Part shown: piece after piece, positions 45,817-57,000 of the stretch
Numbering within the stretch: position 1 is the first letter of the stretch
Layout: every line of letters starts with the position of its first letter
Source: a virus
Lineage: Duplodnaviria > Heunggongvirae > Uroviricota > Caudoviricetes
Virus record (IMG/VR): IMGVR_UViG_3300042486_001111
Direction: 5' to 3' (one strand)
Length of the DNA stretch: 64,000 bases
The notes under the pieces: generated by a model
Databases searched by the model: none
Told to the model about the DNA's origin: nothing
Seen by the model: only the letters and a program-made list of their open reading frames with translations
Made by a program: the position numbers and the translations under genes

Positions 45817-46767
45817 TTATATTAAACTTTCTTTTATTTTTTTTGCGGTTGATAGTATATCTATCACACCTTTCTTCCCAATCCTTTGGTTTATGTCAGA
45901 TATGTCATAACCATCAGGTAATTTAACTATTAAAACTCTACCGTGTAATTTAGTAGAGTTTAATTTTTTATAGAGGTTTATCGCATCCTTATATGCGTCA
46001 GAGTCTAATAATATTATTACTTTACATTCCGCCCTCTTTACTAATTTAGTGAATAGTTCATCACTTATAACTTTACCTAACATAGGGATACTGTTGGGTA
46101 CCACTATATGATCGAAAACACCTTCAACAATGTATATATTCGAATCCCAATTAACCTTTCCCTCATTAAAAACAATTTCACTTTTAGGTATGTCAGGGTT
46201 CTTATACTTTAGTTTGGTGTACTTATCATAACTTCTACCTAAGAAGTAGTTTATGTCACCGTGAATGTCGTATGAAGGGAATATTACCCTATTAGAGTAT
46301 TCACCAGTTTTACAAAATCCTATATTATATTTTTTAATAGTGTCTAAACTAATATTCCTTTTAACTAAATAGTCCATTGCAAGTTTATAGTCCTCACTAC
46401 TATCTTCTAAACTTAACGGTATAAATTCTTTAGGTAACCCTTTTAAAACAACCTTTTCTTTAACTTTCTTATCCTTTATAGATTCAGGATTAATTAATTT
46501 ATATTGTTTTAAATCGTTTTTGTTTCCGTAATTTTTAATTAACTTATATAAACTACCGTGTGTATCGTTGGTTTCTGAACAAGCCCAGCATTTATATACA
46601 TTATGTCCATAGTTTACCTCTAAATTACCTTTACCGTCACCTTTACTTAAACCTTTAATTTCATAAGAACAAACAGGACAGTCAAAGGACATTTGTCCCT
46701 TATCTTTGTGATGATTTTTAGGTTTCCCTAAAATACCTTCTAATATTTCAACTATTAGTTCTGACAT
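45817..46767 (-). CDS. DNA primase (Zn finger + Toprim)
   Basis: CPVC..CWAC, RVIFP, YKN, VEGVFD, LDSD; promoter at 46776-46806. Confidence 0.9.
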   Translation of the reverse strand: MSELIVEILEGILGKPKNHHKDKGQMSFDCPVCSYEIKGLSKGDGKGNLEVNYGHNVYKCWACSETNDTHGSLYKLIKNYGNKNDLKQYKLINPESIKDKKVKEKVVLKGLPKEFIPLSLEDSSEDYKLAMDYLVKRNISLDTIKKYNIGFCKTGEYSNRVIFPSYDIHGDINYFLGRSYDKYTKLKYKNPDIPKSEIVFNEGKVNWDSNIYIVEGVFDHIVVPNSIPMLGKVISDELFTKLVKRAECKVIILLDSDAYKDAINLYKKLNSTKLHGRVLIVKLPDGYDISDINQRIGKKGVIDILSTAKKIKESLI

Positions 46768-46871
46768 AACTTTTACAAATATAGTAATTTTTTTAACATA
46801 AACAAAAAAAAAGGCAAAAAAAATATCGGTTAAAGAACCGATATTAATATTTATAGGTTAATAGACCGATA

Positions 46872-47504
46872 TTATTTCCACTTACCTTCTTTTCTCATCT
46901 GTCCTAAAACACATGTATAAGCATCCGTCATATCATAATTTTCTTTAGTTAATTTTTGGTGTCTATCATACATCCACACAATTTGAGGCTCTCTTTCGTT
47001 TACTTTTTCCCAAACTACTACTTTTTTATCGATTTCCCAATCATAGTTACCGAAAAGAACTGGTTGTTTACCACTAATTTCTTTTTCACTATAATTTTCA
47101 CCTTTTTTATTAGTTTTTCTTATTTGCATAAGTTCTGGATAAGCAAATTTTCTTGCATCATAAGAAGAAATAAATTCAGGTATTATGTTAAGTACTTCAT
47201 AAACTGATCTACATATCATACCGTTAAATCTAAGTAGTGTTGCAACTGTATTTACATTGTTTGACCTAACTAACGGTTCTTCGATTATAACTCTACTAAT
47301 ATCGATATCACTATACTTTTCTAAAAACTCAAATTGAAATATTTGTGCTTTTTTAATCAATAATTCAATATTGTCTTTAGGATTTGGTTTCACTTTAGGT
47401 GTGATGTGTGTCAATAATTGTAATTTACCACTCTCCCCTCCATCTTCAAAAAGTGAAATACCTATTGTTTTGGTAGACACGTCTAACCCCAATATTCTAC
47501 TCAT
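46872..47504 (-). CDS. RuvC-like Holliday junction resolvase
   Basis: ILGLDVST, IIEEP, L.RFNG, YDMTDAY. Confidence 0.8.
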   Translation of the reverse strand: MSRILGLDVSTKTIGISLFEDGGESGKLQLLTHITPKVKPNPKDNIELLIKKAQIFQFEFLEKYSDIDISRVIIEEPLVRSNNVNTVATLLRFNGMICRSVYEVLNIIPEFISSYDARKFAYPELMQIRKTNKKGENYSEKEISGKQPVLFGNYDWEIDKKVVVWEKVNEREPQIVWMYDRHQKLTKENYDMTDAYTCVLGQMRKEGKWK

Positions 47505-47523
47505 AAAAAACTTTTTTTTTAAC

Positions 47524-48819
47524 TTATATAATTATCTGTACGTCAAATACAACAAAATCATTTTTCTTTTTAACTATTTGTCGATCTGTCTTACCGATAG
47601 CCAAAATATTTCCCGCCACATCTGTTATTGCGATTTCACTTATCCTTACATCATCATTAACAGTTAATGTAGCATTTTGTGAGTTATAGAATTCTCCTCT
47701 AGCCGCAATACACACTATGTTTTGTACAAAATCATTTTGTATACTATCTATTGTCGTATTATATGTACTAGCACTATAATAGTAAAGTCCTAAACCATTA
47801 TTAAGAATATTTGTATTACTATTACCACTAAAATCTAAAGCGATGTTTTCTACAATATATTCGTCAGTTATTGCAAATATACCTTTATCTAAATACATTA
47901 CACCCGCTATCTTATCAGAATATATTTGTGTATCGGCAACTGTTTGTACATTTATTAATTCTTTACCATTTAAACTAAATGGTTTAAATGAATCGTATCC
48001 AGTTGACCAACTTTTATTAGAATCGTTATTTGGTTTCTGTACACTATCTGACACCAAATATGAAACGTTAATATCATTTGTAAATAATGCTTTAGGGTAT
48101 GAACTAATATCTCTGTACTGAGTATCTAATGTCGCCTTTGGTATAGTGGTTTTTGGGAATGTACTATAAATTTCATATGTCGTCATACCTGTAGGTACTC
48201 CACCAGTAGTAAATCCAGTATATACTGGTAATTTTATTTTTATACTTTTACCGTCAATTATTTCACCATACTGACTGTTATCAATTACACCCAATAATAT
48301 ATTATTAACACCTAAACCACTAAATGGTGTGTCTGACCAACCACCGTTTTTAGAAGTAGTACCAGTAAATACATTACTATCAACACTTCTTATTGGTAAA
48401 GATAAACTTTTAAATAGGTTGGTGAATTTATCGGATGTATCACTTTTATCTAAAGATACATAAGTTAAATTAGTACCACTTACCGTAGTCTCACCAACGT
48501 TAAATGCATTCATACTTATAGAAGATGAGTTTGGTTCAACTTGTTTTTTAGTGTTAGGTGAAACGGTAACGTATAATTTACTATTAACAAATACATTTTC
48601 AGAAATGTTATCATTAGTATTTAAGTTATACCCTATATCACCACTATTAGTCGGTATTAAACCAGATGTTAGTTTTTCACTAGTGTTGTAATTAGCATCA
48701 GAGTCACCTAATGTGAAATGTGAAAAAATTTTATTATTATTCAATAATATTTTCTCTCTACCAACCTTAGTTAATCTAGCCTTTACAGTTATTGTTGATG
48801 CACTATTTATAAATCCCAT
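47524..48819 (-). CDS. Virion structural protein (baseplate/tail-associated)
   Basis: ARLTKVGRE..GDSDANY N-terminus and ISEIA..LAIGK C-terminus shared with the next gene. Confidence 0.6.
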   Translation of the reverse strand: MGFINSASTITVKARLTKVGREKILLNNNKIFSHFTLGDSDANYNTSEKLTSGLIPTNSGDIGYNLNTNDNISENVFVNSKLYVTVSPNTKKQVEPNSSSISMNAFNVGETTVSGTNLTYVSLDKSDTSDKFTNLFKSLSLPIRSVDSNVFTGTTSKNGGWSDTPFSGLGVNNILLGVIDNSQYGEIIDGKSIKIKLPVYTGFTTGGVPTGMTTYEIYSTFPKTTIPKATLDTQYRDISSYPKALFTNDINVSYLVSDSVQKPNNDSNKSWSTGYDSFKPFSLNGKELINVQTVADTQIYSDKIAGVMYLDKGIFAITDEYIVENIALDFSGNSNTNILNNGLGLYYYSASTYNTTIDSIQNDFVQNIVCIAARGEFYNSQNATLTVNDDVRISEIAITDVAGNILAIGKTDRQIVKKKNDFVVFDVQIII

Positions 48820-48831
48820 TTTATTATTTTT

Positions 48832-51060
48832 TTAAAAGTCTATTGTTAATTCTATGGATGCAGTTGTAGAGTCAGAAATTTTTATAGGTCTCGACAATTT
48901 ACCAACTAAAACCAAATTCTGATTATTATCTAATATACCTATCTCACTAACATATCTATCATTACCGAATTCAAATGTTGAATTACTAGTTGATGCGATA
49001 CTCGCACCATCAATAGTAATATTAAATAATGATTTATATATTGTTGCCGATATGTGAGTTCTTAAGTTACCATAGAATAACCTTTCATCACCTAATGTCA
49101 TTTTACCATAATAACTAGCAGAAGACATATCTAATTCACTACCTAAATTGAAAATGGTTCCACCCGTATATAAATTACCTGTTAAAATAAATCCAGTAAT
49201 ATTTGGGTTTTGATTCTCAAATAGTGTCGGACTTATTGTTTCACCACTGTTAACCGTAATATTTGTGGACGTAAAATCAATTACTTTCCAATTAGATGGT
49301 AAAGGTCTAGATTGTGTTGTTTTATCAACCACCTGTGCCAATACTTTAAAAGTATCTGCAAAAAATCCATATCCATCATAATTAACGTCTTCCCTTTTTC
49401 TCATATAAGGTAATTCATTAAGATTACCTATTCTAAACTGTACGTCTTTATCCGTATTAGTTTTATTATCGATTACTGTATATCTTTGACAAGGTAATAT
49501 AGGTGTAGTGACTGTGGTAGTACCAGTTGATCCAGTACCTAAATTCTCTAACCAATATGTTAAATATAGGGATTCACCAGCCTTTAAAACACCAGTACAG
49601 TTACCACTCAAAGGTGAAACTAACTCTGCCGCTAAATCAGGTAGTGTATAATTTCTATTAGATTTGTATGACATTCCAGCAATTAACTCTTCGTTATCAA
49701 TAACTACAATTTTTAATTGTGGGAAAACTTTACCTACTGCCAACGGTAATGTAGGACTAACTGACATACCACTATATTCAATTAAATCATAATATTCAAT
49801 GTCATTATTACTAGATAATGTTTTTCTAATTGTATCCGAAGTAAATCTCATACCTAATGTAGTTCCACTACCAGTACCTAAATCATTTCTTCTATGCCAC
49901 ATAACAGGTATATCTAAGTTAAGTAGTTTTCCTGTCTCCTCATCAATATAGAATTGTTCTCCGTAAAAATTAGAAATACAACTATTTGTGTAGTGAAGTA
50001 TTGATATGGATTTATTATATGTATCCATATAACTCTTACTATCCATCATAGAATTTGTGTTAGTAACAGTTAATTGTCTATTATAACCTAAGTATTGTTT
50101 CGTACCAACAAATTGTTCTGAACCAAATAAATTGTTTTCATGATAATTAACTGGCGAATCTTTATATAATCCCGCAGGATTTTCTGTCCAAACATTATTC
50201 ATATTCCAAACAGGAATATTATCTACACATATATCACAACTGTTCTGAAATGACAATGTTCCTGAATTCCAATATGCCGAAAGACTACTTGCCCCATAAT
50301 ATGTGTCCATAGGATCATCACCTCCAGGTAATGTATAATAAGTTATGATAGTTCCTGAATATGCACTAAGTGTTGGTAATGCCCTATCCACTTTAATGGT
50401 TGACCCTGCAATGTTAGTTATGTTATAAACCGTATTTATTGTTGCAGAAGTCATTGTTGATCCCGTAACATTACCCAATGTGGGGTTACTAAATCTAAAA
50501 ATAATATAATCATTTACACTTGTTGCAGTTAAAGCGGTGTCTAATGTTAAAACACCTTGTGTAAATGTAGTATAATCAGTAGTACCACTAAATTTACTTA
50601 AATTAATAGTACCTTGTTCTAAAATAAATGTAGAATTTGTTTGTGCCACTAATCCAGTATCTACAGTAGAACCTGAGAAAAATCCTCTATCATCCGCTTC
50701 ATTTGTAATAATACCTTTTATTAATTGTATATTACTTTGTTGATTAAGTGGGAAAATAAATTGATTGGCTTGATCAAGTAAAAAAGAAGAAAAGAATGGG
50801 TTATCATCTTTAGGTCGTAAAACTTTAGAATATATATTTTTTACAATATTACCATCTGCTTCAGGAAACCAAAATTCCCCAGTCGCTGCACCTATACTTG
50901 GTACGAACTCACTCCAACCTTTTACATAGTTATAATCAACCTCAGAATCACCAATCATATAGTTGGCAAAAGTTAATTGTCCTTTCGCTAATTGTTCCCT
51001 ACCTATATCAGTTAATTTTACTCTTACTAAGGTAGTACTCTGTTTATTTATGTAACTCAT
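48832..51060 (-). CDS. Virion structural protein (baseplate/tail-associated), paralogous to the downstream gene
   Basis: VKLTDIGRE..GDSEVDY; YVSEIGILD..LVGKLSRPIK. Confidence 0.6.
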   Translation of the reverse strand: MSYINKQSTTLVRVKLTDIGREQLAKGQLTFANYMIGDSEVDYNYVKGWSEFVPSIGAATGEFWFPEADGNIVKNIYSKVLRPKDDNPFFSSFLLDQANQFIFPLNQQSNIQLIKGIITNEADDRGFFSGSTVDTGLVAQTNSTFILEQGTINLSKFSGTTDYTTFTQGVLTLDTALTATSVNDYIIFRFSNPTLGNVTGSTMTSATINTVYNITNIAGSTIKVDRALPTLSAYSGTIITYYTLPGGDDPMDTYYGASSLSAYWNSGTLSFQNSCDICVDNIPVWNMNNVWTENPAGLYKDSPVNYHENNLFGSEQFVGTKQYLGYNRQLTVTNTNSMMDSKSYMDTYNKSISILHYTNSCISNFYGEQFYIDEETGKLLNLDIPVMWHRRNDLGTGSGTTLGMRFTSDTIRKTLSSNNDIEYYDLIEYSGMSVSPTLPLAVGKVFPQLKIVVIDNEELIAGMSYKSNRNYTLPDLAAELVSPLSGNCTGVLKAGESLYLTYWLENLGTGSTGTTTVTTPILPCQRYTVIDNKTNTDKDVQFRIGNLNELPYMRKREDVNYDGYGFFADTFKVLAQVVDKTTQSRPLPSNWKVIDFTSTNITVNSGETISPTLFENQNPNITGFILTGNLYTGGTIFNLGSELDMSSASYYGKMTLGDERLFYGNLRTHISATIYKSLFNITIDGASIASTSNSTFEFGNDRYVSEIGILDNNQNLVLVGKLSRPIKISDSTTASIELTIDF

Positions 51061-51105
51061 TTTCCTTTTTTATTTATTTAATAAATATATTGAATGTTAT
51101 TATTT

Positions 51106-54012
51106 TTAATATGCATCACCACTATTATATTGTATTACTATCTCACTAACATCACTATATGCATAACTATATATTACTTCACCCATAATAGGTGTGTAAA
51201 ACTTTTCGTTTTTTATTCTATATATAAATTTATCACCAGCCAAAGCATTTGTCAATGTTACTAAAATTTTATATGTTTTTTCACCAATAACATAATCTGT
51301 TACTCCACTATATAGTATGTTTTGGAAATAAATGTCTGATGGATCAGTAAACTCTAAAGTAAATTTACCATTTACACTTAAAGGTGCAGAATTTATTGAC
51401 CAATTTATATCTGGTGTATTTGTTGGCACTAATCCATTTATACCTGAATTCGGTACATAAAATCCCTCAATTATGTCACCAACATTTAATGTTTCTTCTA
51501 ATATAATTCTTCTATCGTTAGATGTTGATAAATAATATTCAATATCTTTAGATAGGATAGAACCATTTATTGATAATACAATATCACTTGCAGGTGATGA
51601 AAGTAAATAAAATTCATATTTATTATGTGTTGTATTATAAAATACCCTATCATTTGTAGTTTCAGTACCAGTCGCACCACTAGTTATCGGTGTTGTAATA
51701 TTATATACATCTCCATATAAATTATTTGATGTTCCGTTATCTACATACGCATATGTAAGAACTTGTCTATCCAATGGTGTAAATAATAATTGTATATATG
51801 GTGTAGATGCAGTTGTATTTGCACTATACTCTATTCCCTTTGCCAAAACTGAACCATTATAACTAACTATTGGATCAGATAACCCATTAACTACATATTG
51901 CGTTGTCCCTGTGTTAGTAAATACCGTTTGTACTACTAAACTATCTATACTAGGAGGTGCGGGTGCAGTTGAGTTATTGAATAATGGTTTTTCTGCCTCA
52001 AACATACTGATAAAATACCAATCAGTTTCTGGATAATATATACCATATAACGTACCCCTTTTGTAGGTATCTAAAGTATTTTTTCTAAGTTGTTGTTGTT
52101 TTGCTAAAAATGTATTAACGTCATAAGTCCAATATGATTTAATAAGAAACTCACCTTCACCTAAATTTACCGTTGGTAAATAAACAGTATTTCCAGTATT
52201 TCCTGTTAAATTTTCATAACCAATACTAAAATTATATAGTGCTGAATTACTAAATCCACTATTGATTTGATCATACTTATAAACCTCACCATAATATGAT
52301 AGTTTTTTAGGTTCCACCACATTATTAACATTATTCACTAAGACATTAAATAGGTATCCTAATCTACCACTATTGATAAGATATACAAACCTATCTGGTG
52401 ATAATGTTTTGTTTGTAATAACATTAGGTAATCCCCAATAAGAGGTAGTTCCCGTTACACCTGATGTGGTTAAATTAAACCCATTTTTTTCAAAATTACA
52501 TAATACACCTAAACCATTAGGTCGGTGAATCATATGTAAGAATCCAACTCCGTAATCCGCAACATATATTTTTTCATCAGGACCCATCTGTAATGCACCT
52601 AAACTACTACCACTTAATGAAGCAATTTCTATAACATTTTCAGTCATTTCAGTTGCTGAAGTATATGATAAATTAAACTGATAAATTTCTTCACCAGCAC
52701 CTTCTGAAACATAGAATTTTGATGAATCTGAAGAAAACTCTATTCCGTAAGGTCCTACATTAAAAGTAAAACCTGTAATCGTAATAAGGTTACTTAAGGT
52801 ACCTGCAGATGATTCAAAATCAAATATATCGATAATATCTTCATCGTATATTAAAGAAACTAATTTAGTACCATCAGGAGATGTTTTCATATAACCTCTT
52901 GCAGTATTATGTGTACTACCAATACTTGTTATCACAGGACCACTTAAACCAGTCTGAGAAACTAAAAATGAATAATAATTAGTATCACCACTAGTATGTG
53001 CTAACACCCAATAGTCTTCTCCATTACTATGTGAACAAGATGTAACTTTTTCTGTTATAGGGGTATTAATAATTTTATTATTTTTTACCTCTACTTCACC
53101 ATTACCATTTTGTAAATCCATATTAACTACTGAATACTCAAATCCATTTGGTGATCCATTGTAATCAGTTGTAAATACATAGTACTTATTTGAATTAGGT
53201 TTGGGTACTATAATTGACGATTGTGTCGATGTACCAGAACTAGATAATCCTGTTCCGTTAACCATAATAGTATTACCACTAGTATAAATTGTTTCTCCAT
53301 TAGTATAGAACAATAGTTTACCCTCTACGTTTGATATAGATGAAACTCCCTCCTGTGAAATTACTGATCCAGTTATTGAAACTGGTGTTCCACCAGATTG
53401 TATTGGATTAAATGAAATACCTGCGTTACTACCAAAGAACCAATTATAATTTAATCTATCATATGTATAACCAGTATATGTGACAGGACCACAAAGTGTG
53501 TCTGCAGTAGTTGTTGGTATTTTCCTAGTACCACTTATACTAACTTGTGGGAAATCAAAACTATCAAAATCAGTTCTCTCTATGTGTGAATACTGATACC
53601 TATTACTAACTGGCTCCCACCCAAAATTTTTACTTTCATTTCTACTGGAAAGTAATTTATATTTTTTACCGCCATCAATATATAATAATTCATTATTAGG
53701 TTCTACCTTAATAGACATATTACTATCACTACTATTACCCGATAAAGAAAATATAATAAATTTTTCTGTTAATAAATTAGAAAAAATTGTGTTACCGTAA
53801 TTTTGTGGATTACTTAAAACATATAAATTTTTTGCATTAGATAAATCAGTTGGTAAAAATAATGCGGTTTCTGTTTCTATGAAAGTAGATAAAGATGAGG
53901 CATTATAATGTACGTCAGTAGATATATTCACATTTACAGGTGATTCTATTTCACTTATCACATTTGCCGAAATAGACACTGGATTTTCTATTTTACCTCT
54001 TATACTAGCCAT
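51106..54012 (-). CDS. Probable tail/receptor-binding protein with Bacteroidota-type beta-propeller
   Basis: NWFFGSNAGISF..EG..SIS..G.LLFYTNG..STQS.IIVP..YYVFT..LQMGPD.KIY; C-terminal NGS.L.K.IEY repeats. Confidence 0.6.
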   Translation of the reverse strand: MASIRGKIENPVSISANVISEIESPVNVNISTDVHYNASSLSTFIETETALFLPTDLSNAKNLYVLSNPQNYGNTIFSNLLTEKFIIFSLSGNSSDSNMSIKVEPNNELLYIDGGKKYKLLSSRNESKNFGWEPVSNRYQYSHIERTDFDSFDFPQVSISGTRKIPTTTADTLCGPVTYTGYTYDRLNYNWFFGSNAGISFNPIQSGGTPVSITGSVISQEGVSSISNVEGKLLFYTNGETIYTSGNTIMVNGTGLSSSGTSTQSSIIVPKPNSNKYYVFTTDYNGSPNGFEYSVVNMDLQNGNGEVEVKNNKIINTPITEKVTSCSHSNGEDYWVLAHTSGDTNYYSFLVSQTGLSGPVITSIGSTHNTARGYMKTSPDGTKLVSLIYDEDIIDIFDFESSAGTLSNLITITGFTFNVGPYGIEFSSDSSKFYVSEGAGEEIYQFNLSYTSATEMTENVIEIASLSGSSLGALQMGPDEKIYVADYGVGFLHMIHRPNGLGVLCNFEKNGFNLTTSGVTGTTSYWGLPNVITNKTLSPDRFVYLINSGRLGYLFNVLVNNVNNVVEPKKLSYYGEVYKYDQINSGFSNSALYNFSIGYENLTGNTGNTVYLPTVNLGEGEFLIKSYWTYDVNTFLAKQQQLRKNTLDTYKRGTLYGIYYPETDWYFISMFEAEKPLFNNSTAPAPPSIDSLVVQTVFTNTGTTQYVVNGLSDPIVSYNGSVLAKGIEYSANTTASTPYIQLLFTPLDRQVLTYAYVDNGTSNNLYGDVYNITTPITSGATGTETTNDRVFYNTTHNKYEFYLLSSPASDIVLSINGSILSKDIEYYLSTSNDRRIILEETLNVGDIIEGFYVPNSGINGLVPTNTPDINWSINSAPLSVNGKFTLEFTDPSDIYFQNILYSGVTDYVIGEKTYKILVTLTNALAGDKFIYRIKNEKFYTPIMGEVIYSYAYSDVSEIVIQYNSGDAY

Positions 54013-54035
54013 TTACCTATAAATACTATTTAATT

Positions 54036-57000
54036 TTATTCTGTTGTACAATTATGTATTAATTCTTGATTATAAAAATACCCACCTTCTTCCCAGTCAG
54101 GATCACCAAGTATTGTTACATTACCCTCATATTCATTTGTATCATAAATTTGAGTTATAAATACCTTATTATAATCACTAATTAAAGTGTTAGAAACTCT
54201 AACACATTTATTAACTTTATCTCTTAAAATAGAAATATAATTTCTTTGTCTTTCGTACAGTGTAGTTCCTGGTATAAAATTAACCAAATTATTTTCTGCC
54301 TGTACTAAAGTTTCTGTAAGTCCACTACAACTCATAAAATTACTATAATAATTTTGTTGTTGTAATAAATATTGGGTTTCCTCATTACTTAAATTAGTAA
54401 GTAAATTACTTAATTGTGTTTCTAAATTAGTAAGGTTACCAGTCAATAATTGTATTTGTGCCGTCACCACATCAATCTGAGATTGTAGGTTAGGTGTATC
54501 TAAATCTTGTAAGTTTAACGAACACAATATTTTATTTTGTGCAGCGATATTATCCTTAACTAATTCTATTTGAATGTTTTTTATTTTTATTTGATTTTTA
54601 ATATTGTTTATCACATCATTAGTAGGGTAAATTGGTATTTGTTCTACTAATGAATAAACGTCTTCCGAACCAATACTAAAATCTGTATACGCACTTAACG
54701 TACAACCTGTTGTCGTTTCAATAAAGTTTAAACTATATTTTTTATACTGAAATTTGTTTTGATCGAAAATCGTGTTTCTATATACTTTACCTGAATTATC
54801 ACAACCTTCCCAAATCGTAGTTGCTGGGACAACTTGTTCTAATAAATTTAACCAATAGTCCCCAATTTTATCCATAAATTCAAACATAGTATTATATGTG
54901 AATTTACCTGACAATTCTTTACCACAATTATTGGCGTTTAGATATAGTTCATAGAATAACCTTAGTAATGGATAATCACTAATAGTTTGTCTACTTTTTA
55001 CATCAATTAGATTTGATTGTACTAATTGGTCAAACATATCTTTTACATTGATTTCTGATGGTTGTACATCTAAATAATCTAATGGGTTAATACAGATATT
55101 ATATGTATTACCTGTGTAGTATCCGTTAGAACATTCATTTAAAGTTCCACAGTATTCACAATCACCTTCACATACACTACATCCATCAATTGGTTTCCAT
55201 ACACAATATCCGTTGTTACTGTCCCACTGGTAGTTTTTACCCAATCCTAACCCATCTAAACCTTCACCGTTTAAAATACTGTTTAATGTTTTACAACAGT
55301 TTTCATCCACAAAAGTGGTTTGATTAAATGTTTGTGCAGTTACACCACTTAAAACTTCAACTAAAGTACCACCAGTATAAGGTGTACTACCACTATAGAT
55401 ATATGTCTCATAAACAGATAAAGTACCATCATAATTTTCAGTTATTAAACCAAATAAATTATCTGTTTGTTGATTGTTATTAATAACCAACGTATCTGTA
55501 CCACAATTATTATTTTGTATTTCAAAACCTGAAAGACTTGATCCTAAATTTAATAAATCATAGTATGATGCATTTAAGGAATTTGTATAATCTGAGGTTA
55601 ATGCATAGTATTCATTTTTTAACTCAGTAACTTGATTTACCAAAGTATTTGTAAATGTCGAACAACTAAATGTTAATCCTGTTGTGGATGCGGACAAATC
55701 TAATGAATAATCAAATAGTGTTGTAGAACTATATACCTGCCCACTATAAACTACAGTACTAGCAGATGTACAATTTGTAGGACAACTACCACTACAATCT
55801 ATATTTTTCCAAAAATTAAATACGTCACATTCTATAGCCTTCGCAGGATCTATACTAAATGTGGTGTTTTTAACATTAATAATTAAATCTGAATGATTAA
55901 CGTCATAATTCGTATATCTATATTCTAAGTCAGTCCACAATCTTTCTTCAGGTGTACCTAATTTTACTACCTGATAATTACTTGTTGATGCCGTATTACA
56001 AGGTCCATCAGGATATATAGTTTCTGTAATTATTCCCTGATCAGTGTAAACCCAAGATTTTTTATTGTCAATAACACAACTCAATTGTGGAATTAAACAA
56101 TTATTCAATGAAACTAATCGTTCTGTTTTACAATCAGAAACATTAATTATAATGTTATCAATTAATAAACATACTGAACAGTTATAGTTTTCTATCTCAA
56201 CTGAAAAGAAAAATTCTTTTTCGGGATATAATCTCCTTAAATCATCACACACACATTCTGGTATAGTGAAATTAAAGGTATTCCAATTAGGTTGGAATAA
56301 GTTTGAGTTATATGGTGTGTTTGAGTTAGATAATTCTGTGAAAACAGAATCCTCTATTAAGGCAATATCTTGTTCAGAACCTTCCAATATAATACCACTA
56401 TATCCAACTGAAGGGTTAAATACCCAAAATGGGTTAACTGACTGTGTATACGGTAAATAAGTTAAATTAGAGTCAACTTGACTAGTATAAACTAAATTAT
56501 TATTATCCACAAACAATTTAAAATTAAGTTTTAAATCATCAATTAATGTTAAATAACTTTCAGTACTATTAATATAGTCGTTATATTGTGTTAGTATTTC
56601 AGAATACCATTCATCATAAACAGACTCTGTAATATTTTCTATCTCTATTAATTTTGTTTGTAGTGTTTCTAATGTATTATTTAGATAATTAAATAATTCT
56701 TGACTACAACAAGGGTTAGGTAATGTTGGATCACATGGACTAGGTATTTCTGCCTGTGCTTCCGCTATAACATCTACAATTTCATCTATAGTAATTGTAG
56801 TTTTTAAGGTTGAATTATCGTTTTGTACGATATCATATGTTATATCTTCCTTTTGTTTTTCTAATGCACTAACCTGTGTTTTATTTTTTTGTAGTTCAAT
56901 ATTTAACGTAACCTTTTGACTATCATTTAATACAATTTGACCTTCAGCATTAGTAATCGATTTAGGTGTAACACCTAATATTATTGCAGTTTTATTAATG

